DNA of 64,000 bases, taken from NCBI GenBank assembly GCA_944380935.1, contig CALWJF010000027.1:4082-68081 (forward strand), read 5' to 3'. The DNA comes from an uncultured Clostridia bacterium. Lineage in GTDB: Bacteria > Bacillota > Clostridia > Oscillospirales > QAMX01. Under the pieces are notes generated by a model. It worked only from the letters and a program-made list of their open reading frames with translations. It was not told the DNA's origin and ran no database searches. This document shows positions 9,316-19,022 of this stretch, piece after piece; positions within the stretch are counted from its first letter, which is position 1, and the number at the start of each line of letters is the position of its first letter. Made by a program: the position numbers and the translations under genes.

Positions 9316-9663
9316 ATGCGTTATACCGTTTCAATAAAAAGAAATAGGGATTTTAAGAGCCTGTATCGCTCAGGAAAATCGTCGGTAGATCCATATCTGG
9401 TAGTATACTGCCGTAAAAACCGCCGGGGAGAAAGTCGGCTTGGCATCAGCGTTGGGACGAAAGTCGGAAAAGCGGTTTGCCGCAATCGGGTGCGCCGCCG
9501 AATCCGGGAGGCATATCGTCTGTCAGAAAGACGGATTCGGCCGGGTTACGATATCATTGTTGTAGCACGTGTGCGTGCGGCGGCGGCGGCTTACCGGGAT
9601 ATTGAAACCTCGCTGTTGAATTTATGTGGTAAGCTTGGCTTGCTGTATGGTGAAGTAGGATGA
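9316..9663 (+). CDS. rnpA: ribonuclease P protein component
   Basis: 115-aa basic protein directly after rpmH. Contains the RNR motif [14 protein letters not shown]. Confidence 0.9.
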   Translation: MRYTVSIKRNRDFKSLYRSGKSSVDPYLVVYCRKNRRGESRLGISVGTKVGKAVCRNRVRRRIREAYRLSERRIRPGYDIIVVARVRAAAAAYRDIETSLLNLCGKLGLLYGEVG

Positions 9664-9884
9664 AACAAGCTCCTCGCCGTGCGGTTTTATGGTTGATCGG
9701 GTTTTATCGAAAGCATCTTTCCGGCCTTAAAAGATATCCCACGTGCCGCTTCACTCCGACTTGTTCGGAGTATGCATATGAAGCGGTGAGCAAATACGGT
9801 GTAAGGAAAGGCGGATGGCTCGCCTTAAAGCGTATACTCAAATGTAACCCATTTCATCCGGGAGGCTACGACCCGCTGAAGTAG
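9660..9884 (+). CDS. yidD: membrane protein insertion efficiency factor YidD
   Basis: 74 aa with [15 protein letters not shown] and a conserved C-terminus. ATGA overlap with rnpA. Confidence 0.9.
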   Translation: MKQAPRRAVLWLIGFYRKHLSGLKRYPTCRFTPTCSEYAYEAVSKYGVRKGGWLALKRILKCNPFHPGGYDPLK

Positions 9885-9926
9885 CCGGGCATTTCGCTGC
9901 GGGTGTTCCATAAAAGGAGGCATCAG

Positions 9927-10943
9927 ATGCCAAAGTCTTTTCAAAAAACTAAAACCCGCGCAATCGTTGTCGTTGTGCTTGCTGTCTTGCTGATCGCGAC
10001 CTCACTGACGGGCTGTGTTACAAACAGTGCTGGAGAATCGGAAAGCATATTTTCGATCATTTTGGTACGCCCGTTTGCCTGGATTCTTGACTGGATTTAT
10101 GGATGGTGTGGTAATTTCGGTCTTGCGCTAATTCTCTTCTGCTTGATTACGCGTATGATTTTGCTGCCGTTTAATATCAAGAGTAAACGCAGCATGCTGA
10201 GAATGCAGGCGTTGCAACCAAAAATCAAAGAAATTGAAAAAAAATATCCCAATGACAAAAACAAACAGTCCATTGAAATGATGGCGCTCTATAAAAAAGA
10301 GAACATCAGTCCGATGGGCGGATGCCTGACATCCCTGATTACGCTGCCGCTGATGTTTGCGCTGTATTGGCCGATCAGCCAGCCGCTGCGTTATTTGATG
10401 CGTCTGACCTCAGCGGAAATCGGGCTGGTACGGGAAAAGCTGATTGAAATCGGCGCAAAGGTCGGCGACGTTGCAGTATCTGCAAATACTTCGGAAATGG
10501 CTCTGGTTCGCGCGATCTCTGATAATTATGAAGCGGTGAGCAGCATTTCCGACAAAATTTACCCCATGGATTTGTCGTTTCTTGGGATGAATTTGGGCGC
10601 CACGCCGAATTTCCAGGTTTTTAATGCCCTGTTTTTCCTGCCGATTATTTCGGCGGGGACATCTTATCTTCTAATGTATGTAACCCGTTGGCTTCAGGAA
10701 AAGGCCACTGGACAAAAAGCGCCGGCAGAGAGTCAGAATAAAATGATGACCTGGCTGATGCCGCTGATGTCTCTGTGGATCGGCTTCACACTTCCGGCCG
10801 GACTTGCAATTTATTGGATTGCCGGTAACCTGATCGGTATTTTGCAGGAATTTCTGATGACGTACATTGTAAAGAAGAATCCCAAAACTCCTTTGGAGGA
10901 GGTTGATAAGCCAAATGGTAACAAAAATAGAAAAAAGCGCTAA
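9927..10943 (+). CDS. yidC: membrane insertase YidC/Oxa1 family (lipoprotein type)
   Basis: Lipobox LTGC after the signal peptide, YidC core motifs (RMQALQPKIKEIEKKY, PAGLAIYW) and a basic tail. Start at MPKSF, preceded by AAGGAGG. Confidence 0.9.
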   Translation: MPKSFQKTKTRAIVVVVLAVLLIATSLTGCVTNSAGESESIFSIILVRPFAWILDWIYGWCGNFGLALILFCLITRMILLPFNIKSKRSMLRMQALQPKIKEIEKKYPNDKNKQSIEMMALYKKENISPMGGCLTSLITLPLMFALYWPISQPLRYLMRLTSAEIGLVREKLIEIGAKVGDVAVSANTSEMALVRAISDNYEAVSSISDKIYPMDLSFLGMNLGATPNFQVFNALFFLPIISAGTSYLLMYVTRWLQEKATGQKAPAESQNKMMTWLMPLMSLWIGFTLPAGLAIYWIAGNLIGILQEFLMTYIVKKNPKTPLEEVDKPNGNKNRKKR

Positions 10944-11640
10944 AACCAGAGACGAAGCGGTTCTGGCCGCAATGCGTGAACTTTGGCAGCTGAATCCGGA
11001 AATAACGGAGGCAGATGTGGACGTCGAACTTTTGGAAAAAGGGAAAAGTGGTTTTTTCGGGATCGGAAGTGTGGATGCAAAAGTTCGTGTTAGCTATAAA
11101 TATAAACCTGCTGAATGTGTGAAAACCTTTTTGGAAGGTATGATGCATCATATGGGCGTAACCGGATATGTCGAGTGCATTGTCGATGAAGAAGGGACGG
11201 TAAACGCCAATATAACCGGCGAGAATCTTGGCGTGGTCATCGGCCGCCGTGGAGATACGCTCAATGCGTTGCAGTATCTGGCTTCCATTGTGACCAATCG
11301 GGACGAAACAGAACATGTGCGTGTGAATGTGGACACGGAAAATTATCGAAAGAAACGCGAAGAGTCTTTAAAGACACTGTCGCATAAGGTTGCCGCACGT
11401 GTTTTGAAATATAAGAAGAATGTAACGCTGGAACCGATGAATGCCAATGAGCGTCGCGTGATTCATGCGGAATTGCAAAATGTCAAGGGAATCACGACTT
11501 ATTCGCTTGGGAATGAGCCGAATCGCCGTGTGGTTGTCGCATTAGCCGGCGGGCGCCCCGGTCGGAATCGTCCCCGTGGAGGGAATCGCCCGGTAGATCC
11601 GCCGAAAGGCGAAGCGATCCCGAGCGTGGAAGAAGAATAA
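10915..11640 (+). CDS. jag: Jag/KhpB RNA-binding protein (Jag_N-KH-R3H)
   Basis: Jag_N start MVTKIEKSAKTRDEAV, KH-like core and R3H motif (NANERRVIHAEL). Canonical position after yidC. Confidence 0.85.
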   Translation: MVTKIEKSAKTRDEAVLAAMRELWQLNPEITEADVDVELLEKGKSGFFGIGSVDAKVRVSYKYKPAECVKTFLEGMMHHMGVTGYVECIVDEEGTVNANITGENLGVVIGRRGDTLNALQYLASIVTNRDETEHVRVNVDTENYRKKREESLKTLSHKVAARVLKYKKNVTLEPMNANERRVIHAELQNVKGITTYSLGNEPNRRVVVALAGGRPGRNRPRGGNRPVDPPKGEAIPSVEEE

Positions 11641-11697
11641 AGCAATACAAAGGGCGGACAGAGTTGTCCGCCCTTTTCGATAACAAGGAGGAATAAA

Positions 11698-13059
11698 ATG
11701 CGTCAGCAGATGGTTTTGGATACCATCGCCGCTGCTGCAACGCCGCCGATTCCCAGTGCGATTGCAATCATCCGCATCAGCGGCGCACAGGCTTTTTCGG
11801 TATTGGAAAAAGCATTTGTCCCAAAAGGCTCTATGCAGGCGCGTAAGCTATGCCTGGGTGCTGCGCTGGCGCCGGACGGCGCAAAAATTGACGAAGCAAT
11901 GGCGGTAAAAATGCCTTGTCCGCATTCGTATACAGGAGAGGATTGTGCAGAAATTTATACGCACGGTTCACCAGGTGTCGTTGCGGCGGTCTTGGATACG
12001 CTGTTTGCAGCTGGCGCCCGGCAGGCGGAAGCAGGAGAATTTACGCGCAGGGCTTTTTTAAACGGGCGTATGGATCTGACCCAATCCGAAGCAGTGATTG
12101 ATCTAATAGAAAGCCGCACCCGTGCCGCAGCGGAAAACGCAGCAGCACAGCTTTCCGGTGTGCTGGGTAAAAAACTGGCAGCAATCCGGGGCGCTTTGCT
12201 TGATATGGCAACACAATTTTCGGCGATGATGGATTTTCCGGACGAAGAAGTGCCGGAACTGGAACTGGAACAGGCGGAGGAAGCGCTGGGACAGACGGAG
12301 CAAACCCTTTTTCAATTGTATAAGAGTTATGCACGCGGTGCAATGCTGAAGAATGGCGTTCCAATTGCCATTTGCGGTCGTCCGAATGCAGGAAAATCCT
12401 CGCTTATGAATGCTATTGTTGGATTCGACCGTTCGATTGTAACGGATATTCCGGGGACAACCCGGGATATTGTGGAACAGACGGCAACGCTTTCGGGCCT
12501 TGCCTTTGTGTTTTCCGATACTGCCGGATTACGGGAAAGCGAGGACGTGGTAGAGCGGATCGGGATTGAACGTGCGCGACAGGCATTGGATCAGGCGGCA
12601 GCAGTGCTTGCGGTGTTGGATGTATCCCAACCCTTGACCGCGCAAGATGAGTCTCTTTTGAAAGAACTGACGGGCAAACACGTCTTTCTCGTCCTTAATA
12701 AGTCGGATCTTCCGCAGCAGATGGATATAAGCCGTCTGCCTGATTCGGATTTTAAGCGCTTCACGGTATCTGCGAAAACCGGCGAAGGTGTGGATGCACT
12801 GTGCCGTGCACTTGTCGAGACGTTTGGCCAGACGCAGATTCCGGGGGAAAGCTATTTAAGCAATCCGCGGCAGAAAGACGCCATTCGCCGTGCACTTGCG
12901 GCAGTCCGGCGTGCGCGTGAAGCTGCGCGGATGTTGACGGCGGATGTGGTTTGCACAGACATTGAAGAGGCTTGTGAGGCATTGGGTGAAATTACAGGCC
13001 ATAGCGCATCGCAGGAAATCATTGATGGAATTTTTTCCCGTTTTTGTGTAGGAAAATAG
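11698..13059 (+). CDS. mnmE: tRNA modification GTPase MnmE
   Basis: 453 aa. G1 motif [17 protein letters not shown], and the C-terminal FCVGK motif. Confidence 0.95.
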   Translation: MRQQMVLDTIAAAATPPIPSAIAIIRISGAQAFSVLEKAFVPKGSMQARKLCLGAALAPDGAKIDEAMAVKMPCPHSYTGEDCAEIYTHGSPGVVAAVLDTLFAAGARQAEAGEFTRRAFLNGRMDLTQSEAVIDLIESRTRAAAENAAAQLSGVLGKKLAAIRGALLDMATQFSAMMDFPDEEVPELELEQAEEALGQTEQTLFQLYKSYARGAMLKNGVPIAICGRPNAGKSSLMNAIVGFDRSIVTDIPGTTRDIVEQTATLSGLAFVFSDTAGLRESEDVVERIGIERARQALDQAAAVLAVLDVSQPLTAQDESLLKELTGKHVFLVLNKSDLPQQMDISRLPDSDFKRFTVSAKTGEGVDALCRALVETFGQTQIPGESYLSNPRQKDAIRRALAAVRRAREAARMLTADVVCTDIEEACEALGEITGHSASQEIIDGIFSRFCVGK

Positions 13060-13075
13060 AAAAAGGAAAAGGGAT

Positions 13076-14965
13076 ATGGAACACTATATTAAGGATTGTG
13101 ATGTAGCCGTTATTGGGGCAGGACATGCCGGAATTGAGGCGGCGCTTGCCAGCGCACGGCTTGGTCTGCATACAATCTGTTTTACAATTAACCTCGATGC
13201 GGTAGGGAATATGCCCTGCAATCCGGCAATCGGGGGTACGGCAAAAGGACATCTGGTGCGTGAAATCGATGCACTAGGCGGTGAAATGGGCCGTGCGGCG
13301 GATGCCTGCTGCATCCAGTACCGCATGCTCAACCGCGGAAAAGGCCCGGCCGTCCATTCCCTCCGCGCTCAGGCAGACCGTGCTATGTACCGTATCCATA
13401 TGAAGGGAATTTTGGAAGATCAGGAGAATCTCGAGCTTGTACAGGCGGAAATTTGCGAGATTCTAACGGAGAATGGTGCGGTCAGCGGCGTAAAAACCCA
13501 TCTCGACGGTATTTATTCCTGCCGCGCGGCTATCGTTTGCACGGGGACCTATCTGCGCGGCCGGATTATTATCGGAGACTGTATATATGATGGCGGACCG
13601 GATGGGATGTTTGCGGCTACCAGACTGACGGAAAGCCTGATCGGGCTTGGCCTGCATCTGCGCCGGTTTAAAACGGGAACCCCGATGCGTGTTAATGCCC
13701 GATCGCTCGACTATTCAAAAATGCAGTTACAGCCCGGGGATGAAAAAGTAGTCCCGTTTTCGTTTGATACCAAAATACCGCCGCACAATCGCGCGGTATG
13801 CTATATGACGGCGACCAATGCGCAAACCCATGCGGTAATTCGTCGGAATCTGCATCGTTCCCCGCTGTATTCCGGCACGATTGAAGGTGTCGGACCTCGT
13901 TACTGTCCGTCCATCGAGGATAAAATTGTGCGGTTTGCTTCGCACGATCATCATAATCTGTTTGTCGAGCCCTGTGGTTTGACGACGAAGGAAATGTACA
14001 TTCAGGGCTTTTCTTCCTCTATGCCGGAAGATGTCCAGATTGAAATGCTGCATACGCTGCCGGGGCTGGAGAACGCGGAAATCATGCGGCCCGCCTATGC
14101 GATAGAATACGACTGTGTAGACCCGACCCAGCTTGCACCGACGCTCGAGTGTAAAAAAATCCCGGGCCTCTATGGCGCCGGGCAGTTTAACGGCAGCTCG
14201 GGTTATGAAGAAGCTGCGGCGCAGGGATTGATTGCAGGACTTAATGCCGCTTTGAAAATACTAAAGAAGGAACCGGTTATCCTGGACCGTTCCCAGGCAT
14301 ATATCGGTACTTTGATTGATGACCTGGTGACAAAGGGGACGCAGGAACCGTATCGAATGATGACTTCGCGTTCGGAATATCGGCTGGTGCTGCGCCAGGA
14401 CAACGCAGATCTCCGCCTGAGCGGCATTGGACTGCGCGCCGGTTTGGTCAGTCCTGAGCGGCATGCGCAGGTATTGGAAAAATACAGGAGCGTTGATGCG
14501 GAAATTGCGCGGCTGGGCAAGGTAATTGTGGCGCCCGGTCCGGCTTCGGATGCGCTGATGGATGCGCATGGCTCCGCGCGCCTGAAGACCGGGATGCCAA
14601 TGACGGAACTGGTTCGCCGGCCGGAGCTTGGATATGCGGCGCTTGCACCGTTGGACCCGCAGCGGCCCGCGCTTTCAGAGGATATCCAGGAAGCGGTGGA
14701 TATATCCATCCGTTATGAAGGGTATATCCGGCGCCAGCAAGCACAAATTGAACAGTTTAAAAAGATGGAAAACCGTAAGATTCCAAAAGGTCTGGATTAT
14801 TCTCGGATTGAGGTACTCCGTTTGGAAGCCAGACAAAAGCTTGCGCAGATTCAGCCGGATAATTTTGGACAGGCTTCCCGGATTTCGGGTGTTAGCCCGG
14901 CGGATATCAGTGCATTGATGATCTGGCTTTCAGCACATGGCAAGGAGGCAAGAATGGATGAATGA
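13076..14965 (+). CDS. mnmG: tRNA uridine 5-carboxymethylaminomethyl synthesis enzyme MnmG (GidA)
   Basis: 629 aa. FAD motif [12 protein letters not shown], then [11 protein letters not shown] and [17 protein letters not shown]. Confidence 0.95.
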   Translation: MEHYIKDCDVAVIGAGHAGIEAALASARLGLHTICFTINLDAVGNMPCNPAIGGTAKGHLVREIDALGGEMGRAADACCIQYRMLNRGKGPAVHSLRAQADRAMYRIHMKGILEDQENLELVQAEICEILTENGAVSGVKTHLDGIYSCRAAIVCTGTYLRGRIIIGDCIYDGGPDGMFAATRLTESLIGLGLHLRRFKTGTPMRVNARSLDYSKMQLQPGDEKVVPFSFDTKIPPHNRAVCYMTATNAQTHAVIRRNLHRSPLYSGTIEGVGPRYCPSIEDKIVRFASHDHHNLFVEPCGLTTKEMYIQGFSSSMPEDVQIEMLHTLPGLENAEIMRPAYAIEYDCVDPTQLAPTLECKKIPGLYGAGQFNGSSGYEEAAAQGLIAGLNAALKILKKEPVILDRSQAYIGTLIDDLVTKGTQEPYRMMTSRSEYRLVLRQDNADLRLSGIGLRAGLVSPERHAQVLEKYRSVDAEIARLGKVIVAPGPASDALMDAHGSARLKTGMPMTELVRRPELGYAALAPLDPQRPALSEDIQEAVDISIRYEGYIRRQQAQIEQFKKMENRKIPKGLDYSRIEVLRLEARQKLAQIQPDNFGQASRISGVSPADISALMIWLSAHGKEARMDE

Positions 14966-15668
14966 ACAAATCCTGATGCTTTTGCGGGAAGGTCTGCAAC
15001 GGATGGGACTGGATGCACAGCGTCCGGGTGTCATCCAAATTGCGGAATATCTTACTCGGATGCTGGAAAAGAACCGCGTGATGAACCTCAGCGCAATCCG
15101 GGACCCGGATGCCGCGGTGCGCCTGCACGCGCTGGATGCGCTGGGACTTTTTGCTTGCCTGAATCTGGCAGGGAAACGCGTGTTGGATGTCGGTACCGGC
15201 GGCGGAATACCCGGCGCGATACTAGCGCTGTATGAACCGGAGTCCCAGGTATCTATGCTGGATTCAACTGCAAAAAAGCTTGCCTTTGTGGAGCAAACCT
15301 GTAATGAGCTCGATGTAAAAGCGGATTTTTATGCAGGACGCGCAGAAGAATTGGCGCAAGGGGAACTTCGGGAACAGTTTGATGTGGTAACCGCCCGTGC
15401 AGTAGCGTCGCTCCCGCTGCTTTGTGAGCTATGCCTTCCGTTTGTAAAAATCGGCGGCGTTTTTGCAGCCTATAAGGCAAATGCATCTGAAGAAATCGCT
15501 GCTTCCCGTCATGCGGTATCCATGCTTGGAGGGCGGATCTTGACCCCATATGCCTATGCTATTCCCGGTGAAATGGCGGTGCGCTGTATTGTTTTGATTG
15601 AGAAAATCGACATGACTCCGCCGGCCTATCCGCGTACCTGGGCGAAAATCAAATCAAAGCCTCTGTGA
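14958..15668 (+). CDS. rsmG: 16S rRNA (guanine527-N7)-methyltransferase RsmG
   Basis: SAM motif [12 protein letters not shown]. Start at MNEQ, 9 nt after GGAGG. The ORF track offers 14937 as an alternative start. Confidence 0.9.
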   Translation: MNEQILMLLREGLQRMGLDAQRPGVIQIAEYLTRMLEKNRVMNLSAIRDPDAAVRLHALDALGLFACLNLAGKRVLDVGTGGGIPGAILALYEPESQVSMLDSTAKKLAFVEQTCNELDVKADFYAGRAEELAQGELREQFDVVTARAVASLPLLCELCLPFVKIGGVFAAYKANASEEIAASRHAVSMLGGRILTPYAYAIPGEMAVRCIVLIEKIDMTPPAYPRTWAKIKSKPL

Positions 15669-15787
15669 AAGAAGTATAGGTGTTGGGTTGCACTGTGTGG
15701 TTTTTACCTATGCGTATGGTGTGCCTGTTTGCAACGGCCGTTGCGCTATCTGATTTGCATAGGAAGGAAGAAAGGGTTGAAACAATA

Positions 15788-15826
15788 AAAATAAAGTCCT
15801 GCAAGCCAAATCTTGCAGGACTTTTG
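15788..15826. terminator. bidirectional intrinsic terminator (rsmG / secG)
   Basis: 12-bp stem AAGTCCTGCAAG-ccaaat-CTTGCAGGACTT with A/T runs on both sides. Confidence 0.7.
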
Positions 15827-15838
15827 ATATTTCATTTT

Positions 15839-16078
15839 TTATTTAATAATATTTAAAAGTAGTGTGGTAACGCACAAAATAATTGCTAGTACGATGGTGA
15901 TTTTATTGAGTTTTGCATCCATTGAGTTTGCTTTGTTTTTTCCAAAGAAAGTTTCTGCGCCACCGCCGATGGCTCCAGATAGGCCAGCACGCTTACCCTG
16001 CTGCATAAGGATCAGAGCCGTCACGCCCAGCGCAAGAATTACCTGGATGATAGTGAGAATCGTATTCAAAGTTTCCAT
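15839..16078 (-). CDS. secG: preprotein translocase subunit SecG
   Basis: 79 aa, two TM helices, conserved LILMQQGKRAGLSGAIGGG. Confidence 0.9.
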   Translation of the reverse strand: METLNTILTIIQVILALGVTALILMQQGKRAGLSGAIGGGAETFFGKNKANSMDAKLNKITIVLAIILCVTTLLLNIIK

Positions 16079-16115
16079 TATTCAAAGCACCTCTTGTTAA
16101 TACATAAGTGAAAAT

Positions 16116-16144
16116 ATTTTAACACAAACAAAAGCGATTTGCAA
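16116..16144 (-). promoter_or_regulatory. candidate secG promoter
   Basis: On the minus strand TTGCAA (16144-16139), 17-nt spacer, TAAAAT (16121-16116). Confidence 0.4.
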
Positions 16145-16243
16145 GAGTTTTTTTAAATATTTTCAGATTTTTACTTCTTTTCTACATGTTTCTGCAAGAA
16201 AGCAGATTCCAGATTAAGTTCCAAAGGGGGTATAAAGTGCATC

Positions 16244-18661
16244 TTACGGCGCATCTGTCTGGACTAGCTTCATAAAGCGGGAAGCAGTATTCGCCATAAT
16301 GCGGCGTTTTCCCGCCCGGTCGAATTCAATCGTCAGCAGCATATCGCCGCCCATGGGCGCCATCTCGGTGACGCGTCCGGTGCCGAAAGCCTGATGGGAA
16401 ACGATGGAACCGATCCGATAGAGTACCGGCGTTTTTGATTCGGTATGTTTCTCCAGGATGGAATTGGTAAAGCTTGCCGGAGGCTGATAAGCAGGCCTGC
16501 GGCGTGCAGCTGCCGCCGGCCGGGCTGCCGCTGCGTCTTCTGATTCATCCCGGTGGGGATGTACCGTTCCGTTCAGCAGGGTTTCCGGGATCTCTTCGAT
16601 AAACCGGGACATACGGTTATAGGCTGTCCGGCCAAAGATCATACGCTGACGGGTACAGCTGAGATAGAGCTGTTTTTCCGCACGGGTAATGCCTACATAA
16701 CATAGCCGCCGTTCTTCCTCCAGCGCGCCGGGATCGTCGAGGGAGCGGACGCCGGGGAAAATTCCCTCTTCCATCCCGCAAAGGAACACAACCGGGAATT
16801 CCAGGCCCTTTGCCGCATGCAGTGTCATCATGACCACTGCATCTGCACCGGCGTCGTATCGGTCGATGTCGGTAAACAGCGCGGTTTCTTCCAAAAATCC
16901 TTCCAGCGACGGGGTATCGTGCGTGCGGACGTAATCGACAATGTTGCTCTTCAATTCCCGCACGTTTTCAATCCGGCCGATAGATTCGGCATCGCCTTTT
17001 TTCTCCAGGGCTTCCACATAACCGGTTTTTTCAATCAACAGGTCGTAAAAGTCGTCCAAGGGCATGGTTTCCGATTGAATCCGCAACTGTTCGATCAGCC
17101 GTGCAAAATCTTCCATTGGCGCGGCCGCCCGGTCAAAACGGTTATAAGAGTGCGCATTGGCGATCACCTCAAACAGCGGAACGGAAAATTCCCGTGCAGT
17201 TTCGAGCGCAGATTCTACACGCTGCGCACTGATTTTGCGTGGCGGATTGTTGATAATACGCCGCAGCCGCAGCTCGTCGGAATGGTTGACGACAACCCAG
17301 AGATAGGAAAGAATGTCGCGGATTTCAGCACGGTCGAAGAAGCGCAGACCTCCGACGATCCGGTAAGGGATGCCCGAGCGTTTGAATGCATTTTCAATCG
17401 CGTTGGATTGCGCGTTGAGCCGGTAGAGCACGGCAAAATCCCGCGGCGTGTGGCCTTTGGAGTATTCCGAAAGGATATGGCTTGCAATATACATTGCTTC
17501 TTCCTGTTCATCACGGGCGCGATAGAAGCCGATTTTTTCTCCCTCGCCGTTTTCTGTCCATAGGTTTTTCCCTTTGCGGCCTTCATTGTTGGCGATTACC
17601 TGGTTGGCGGCATCGAGAATACGCTGGGTGGAGCGATAGTTCTGTTCCAGACGAATGGTTGCAAGCGCCGGAAAGTGCCGTTCGAAGTTCAGAATATTGG
17701 TTACGTCTGCGCCGCGGAATCGATAAATCGACTGGTCGTCGTCTCCGACCACGCAAATGTTGGATTCCGGGCCGACCAGCAGCCGGGCGAGCTGATCCTG
17801 CGCCCGGTTGGTATCCTGATATTCGTCGATCATAATATAGCGGAACTTGTTTTGGTAATAACTGCGGATCTCCTCGTGGTTGGCAAGCAGCGCGACCGTA
17901 TATAAAATCAGGTCGTCAAAGTCCAGCGCATTTGCCTCTTTCAAACGGCGTTGATATTCTGCGTAAATCTGAGCGATTTTCGTCAGACGATAATCTCCCT
18001 CGTGATCACGCGCGAAACGCACCGGGGTTTTGAGCTCATCCTTGGCTCGGCTGATTGTATTGGAAACCGCGCGCGGGTCGTAAATTTTGTCGTCTAAATT
18101 CTGTTCCCGCACAATGGCTTTTATGATATTTAAATGCTCTTCATTGTTATAAATGGTGAAGCTGCGCTCGAAGCCGAGACGGTCGATATCCCGGCGAAGG
18201 ATGCGGACACAGGCAGAATGGAAGGTAGAAGCCCAAATATCATTTGCTTCATCGCCGAGTACGCGCATCAGACGGGTCTTTAACTCTTCGGCGGCTTTGT
18301 TGGTAAAGGTAATTGCCAGAATATTCCAGGGTTTTGCGGGATGTACTGCACAAAGGGCACGAATATGTTCAGCATTTTCCGGTTTTGGATTGTCTATATA
18401 TTCGGCTAGTGCGAGCAGTTCCGTTTCTCCGGCGCCTTCCGGTGCTTCCGTGGCATGGTAGCCATCCCCGTAACGAATCAGGTTGGCGATCCGGTTAATT
18501 AATACCGTTGTTTTTCCGGACCCTGCACCTGCGAGTACCAGAAGCGGTCCTTGCGTGTGGAACACCGCTTTTTTTTGCATGTCGTTGAGACGGGTATAGT
18601 CGCTTTCAATGATTTCTCTGCGTAGGGCGGTATACTGCTCATCAAAAATTTGTTTATCCAA
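16244..18661 (-). CDS. pcrA: ATP-dependent DNA helicase PcrA (UvrD family)
   Basis: 805 aa. Helicase motifs AGAGSGKTT, DEYQDTN, VGDDDQSIYRFRGA, and a C-terminal Tudor-like tail. Confidence 0.9.
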   Translation of the reverse strand: MDKQIFDEQYTALRREIIESDYTRLNDMQKKAVFHTQGPLLVLAGAGSGKTTVLINRIANLIRYGDGYHATEAPEGAGETELLALAEYIDNPKPENAEHIRALCAVHPAKPWNILAITFTNKAAEELKTRLMRVLGDEANDIWASTFHSACVRILRRDIDRLGFERSFTIYNNEEHLNIIKAIVREQNLDDKIYDPRAVSNTISRAKDELKTPVRFARDHEGDYRLTKIAQIYAEYQRRLKEANALDFDDLILYTVALLANHEEIRSYYQNKFRYIMIDEYQDTNRAQDQLARLLVGPESNICVVGDDDQSIYRFRGADVTNILNFERHFPALATIRLEQNYRSTQRILDAANQVIANNEGRKGKNLWTENGEGEKIGFYRARDEQEEAMYIASHILSEYSKGHTPRDFAVLYRLNAQSNAIENAFKRSGIPYRIVGGLRFFDRAEIRDILSYLWVVVNHSDELRLRRIINNPPRKISAQRVESALETAREFSVPLFEVIANAHSYNRFDRAAAPMEDFARLIEQLRIQSETMPLDDFYDLLIEKTGYVEALEKKGDAESIGRIENVRELKSNIVDYVRTHDTPSLEGFLEETALFTDIDRYDAGADAVVMMTLHAAKGLEFPVVFLCGMEEGIFPGVRSLDDPGALEEERRLCYVGITRAEKQLYLSCTRQRMIFGRTAYNRMSRFIEEIPETLLNGTVHPHRDESEDAAAARPAAAARRRPAYQPPASFTNSILEKHTESKTPVLYRIGSIVSHQAFGTGRVTEMAPMGGDMLLTIEFDRAGKRRIMANTASRFMKLVQTDAP

Positions 18662-18710
18662 TGCTTTTTACCTCATATTTTCCGGAATTGCTTACAATCA
18701 ACAATAGAAA

Positions 18711-18739
18711 ATTATACCGCTTTTTTTGTTGAAAATCAA
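18711..18739 (-). promoter_or_regulatory. candidate pcrA promoter
   Basis: On the minus strand TTGATT (18739-18734), 17-nt spacer, TATAAT (18716-18711). Confidence 0.45.
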
Positions 18740-18863
18740 TGCCTACATCTTGTAGTTGCAAATGGATTTTTTGCGTTTTAATAGACTTTGTTACAAGTAT
18801 CCGGCATATAAAAAATTTGAATTGAAAAAAGAGAAACACAGTGGAAAAATGACGCTTCGGAAC

Positions 18864-18915
18864 TCAACGCATCGTTGATATTCCAAAAGAAAACATAAAT
18901 ACAACGAATCGTTGA
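18864..18915. promoter_or_regulatory. pair of palindromic operator-like sites
   Basis: TCAACG-cat-CGTTGA (18864-18878, perfect) and ACAACG-aat-CGTTGA (18901-18915). They lie upstream of the promoter of the XRE-HTH gene. Confidence 0.4.
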
Positions 18916-18946
18916 TGCGTAAAAATACAACTCAACGCTAATTTGA

Positions 18947-18976
18947 TTGACTTTTGTACACAATTTTGCCTATAAT
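18947..18976 (+). promoter_or_regulatory. candidate promoter of the HTH/beta-helix gene
   Basis: TTGACT (18947-18952), 18-nt spacer, TATAAT (18971-18976). Confidence 0.5.
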
Positions 18977-19022
18977 AAAAATGTGATCACAAAAACAAAA
19001 TAAAAATAGGGAGGATAAAGAT

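Noticed and set aside
15731-15744. Perfect 14-nt palindrome GCAACGGCCGTTGC in the rsmG-secG intergenic region (a parS-like site was considered)
   Set aside because: It does not match the parS consensus TGTTNCACGTGAAACA. It is a single copy with no loop for a hairpin and no adjacent parAB genes. The evidence is insufficient for any call.
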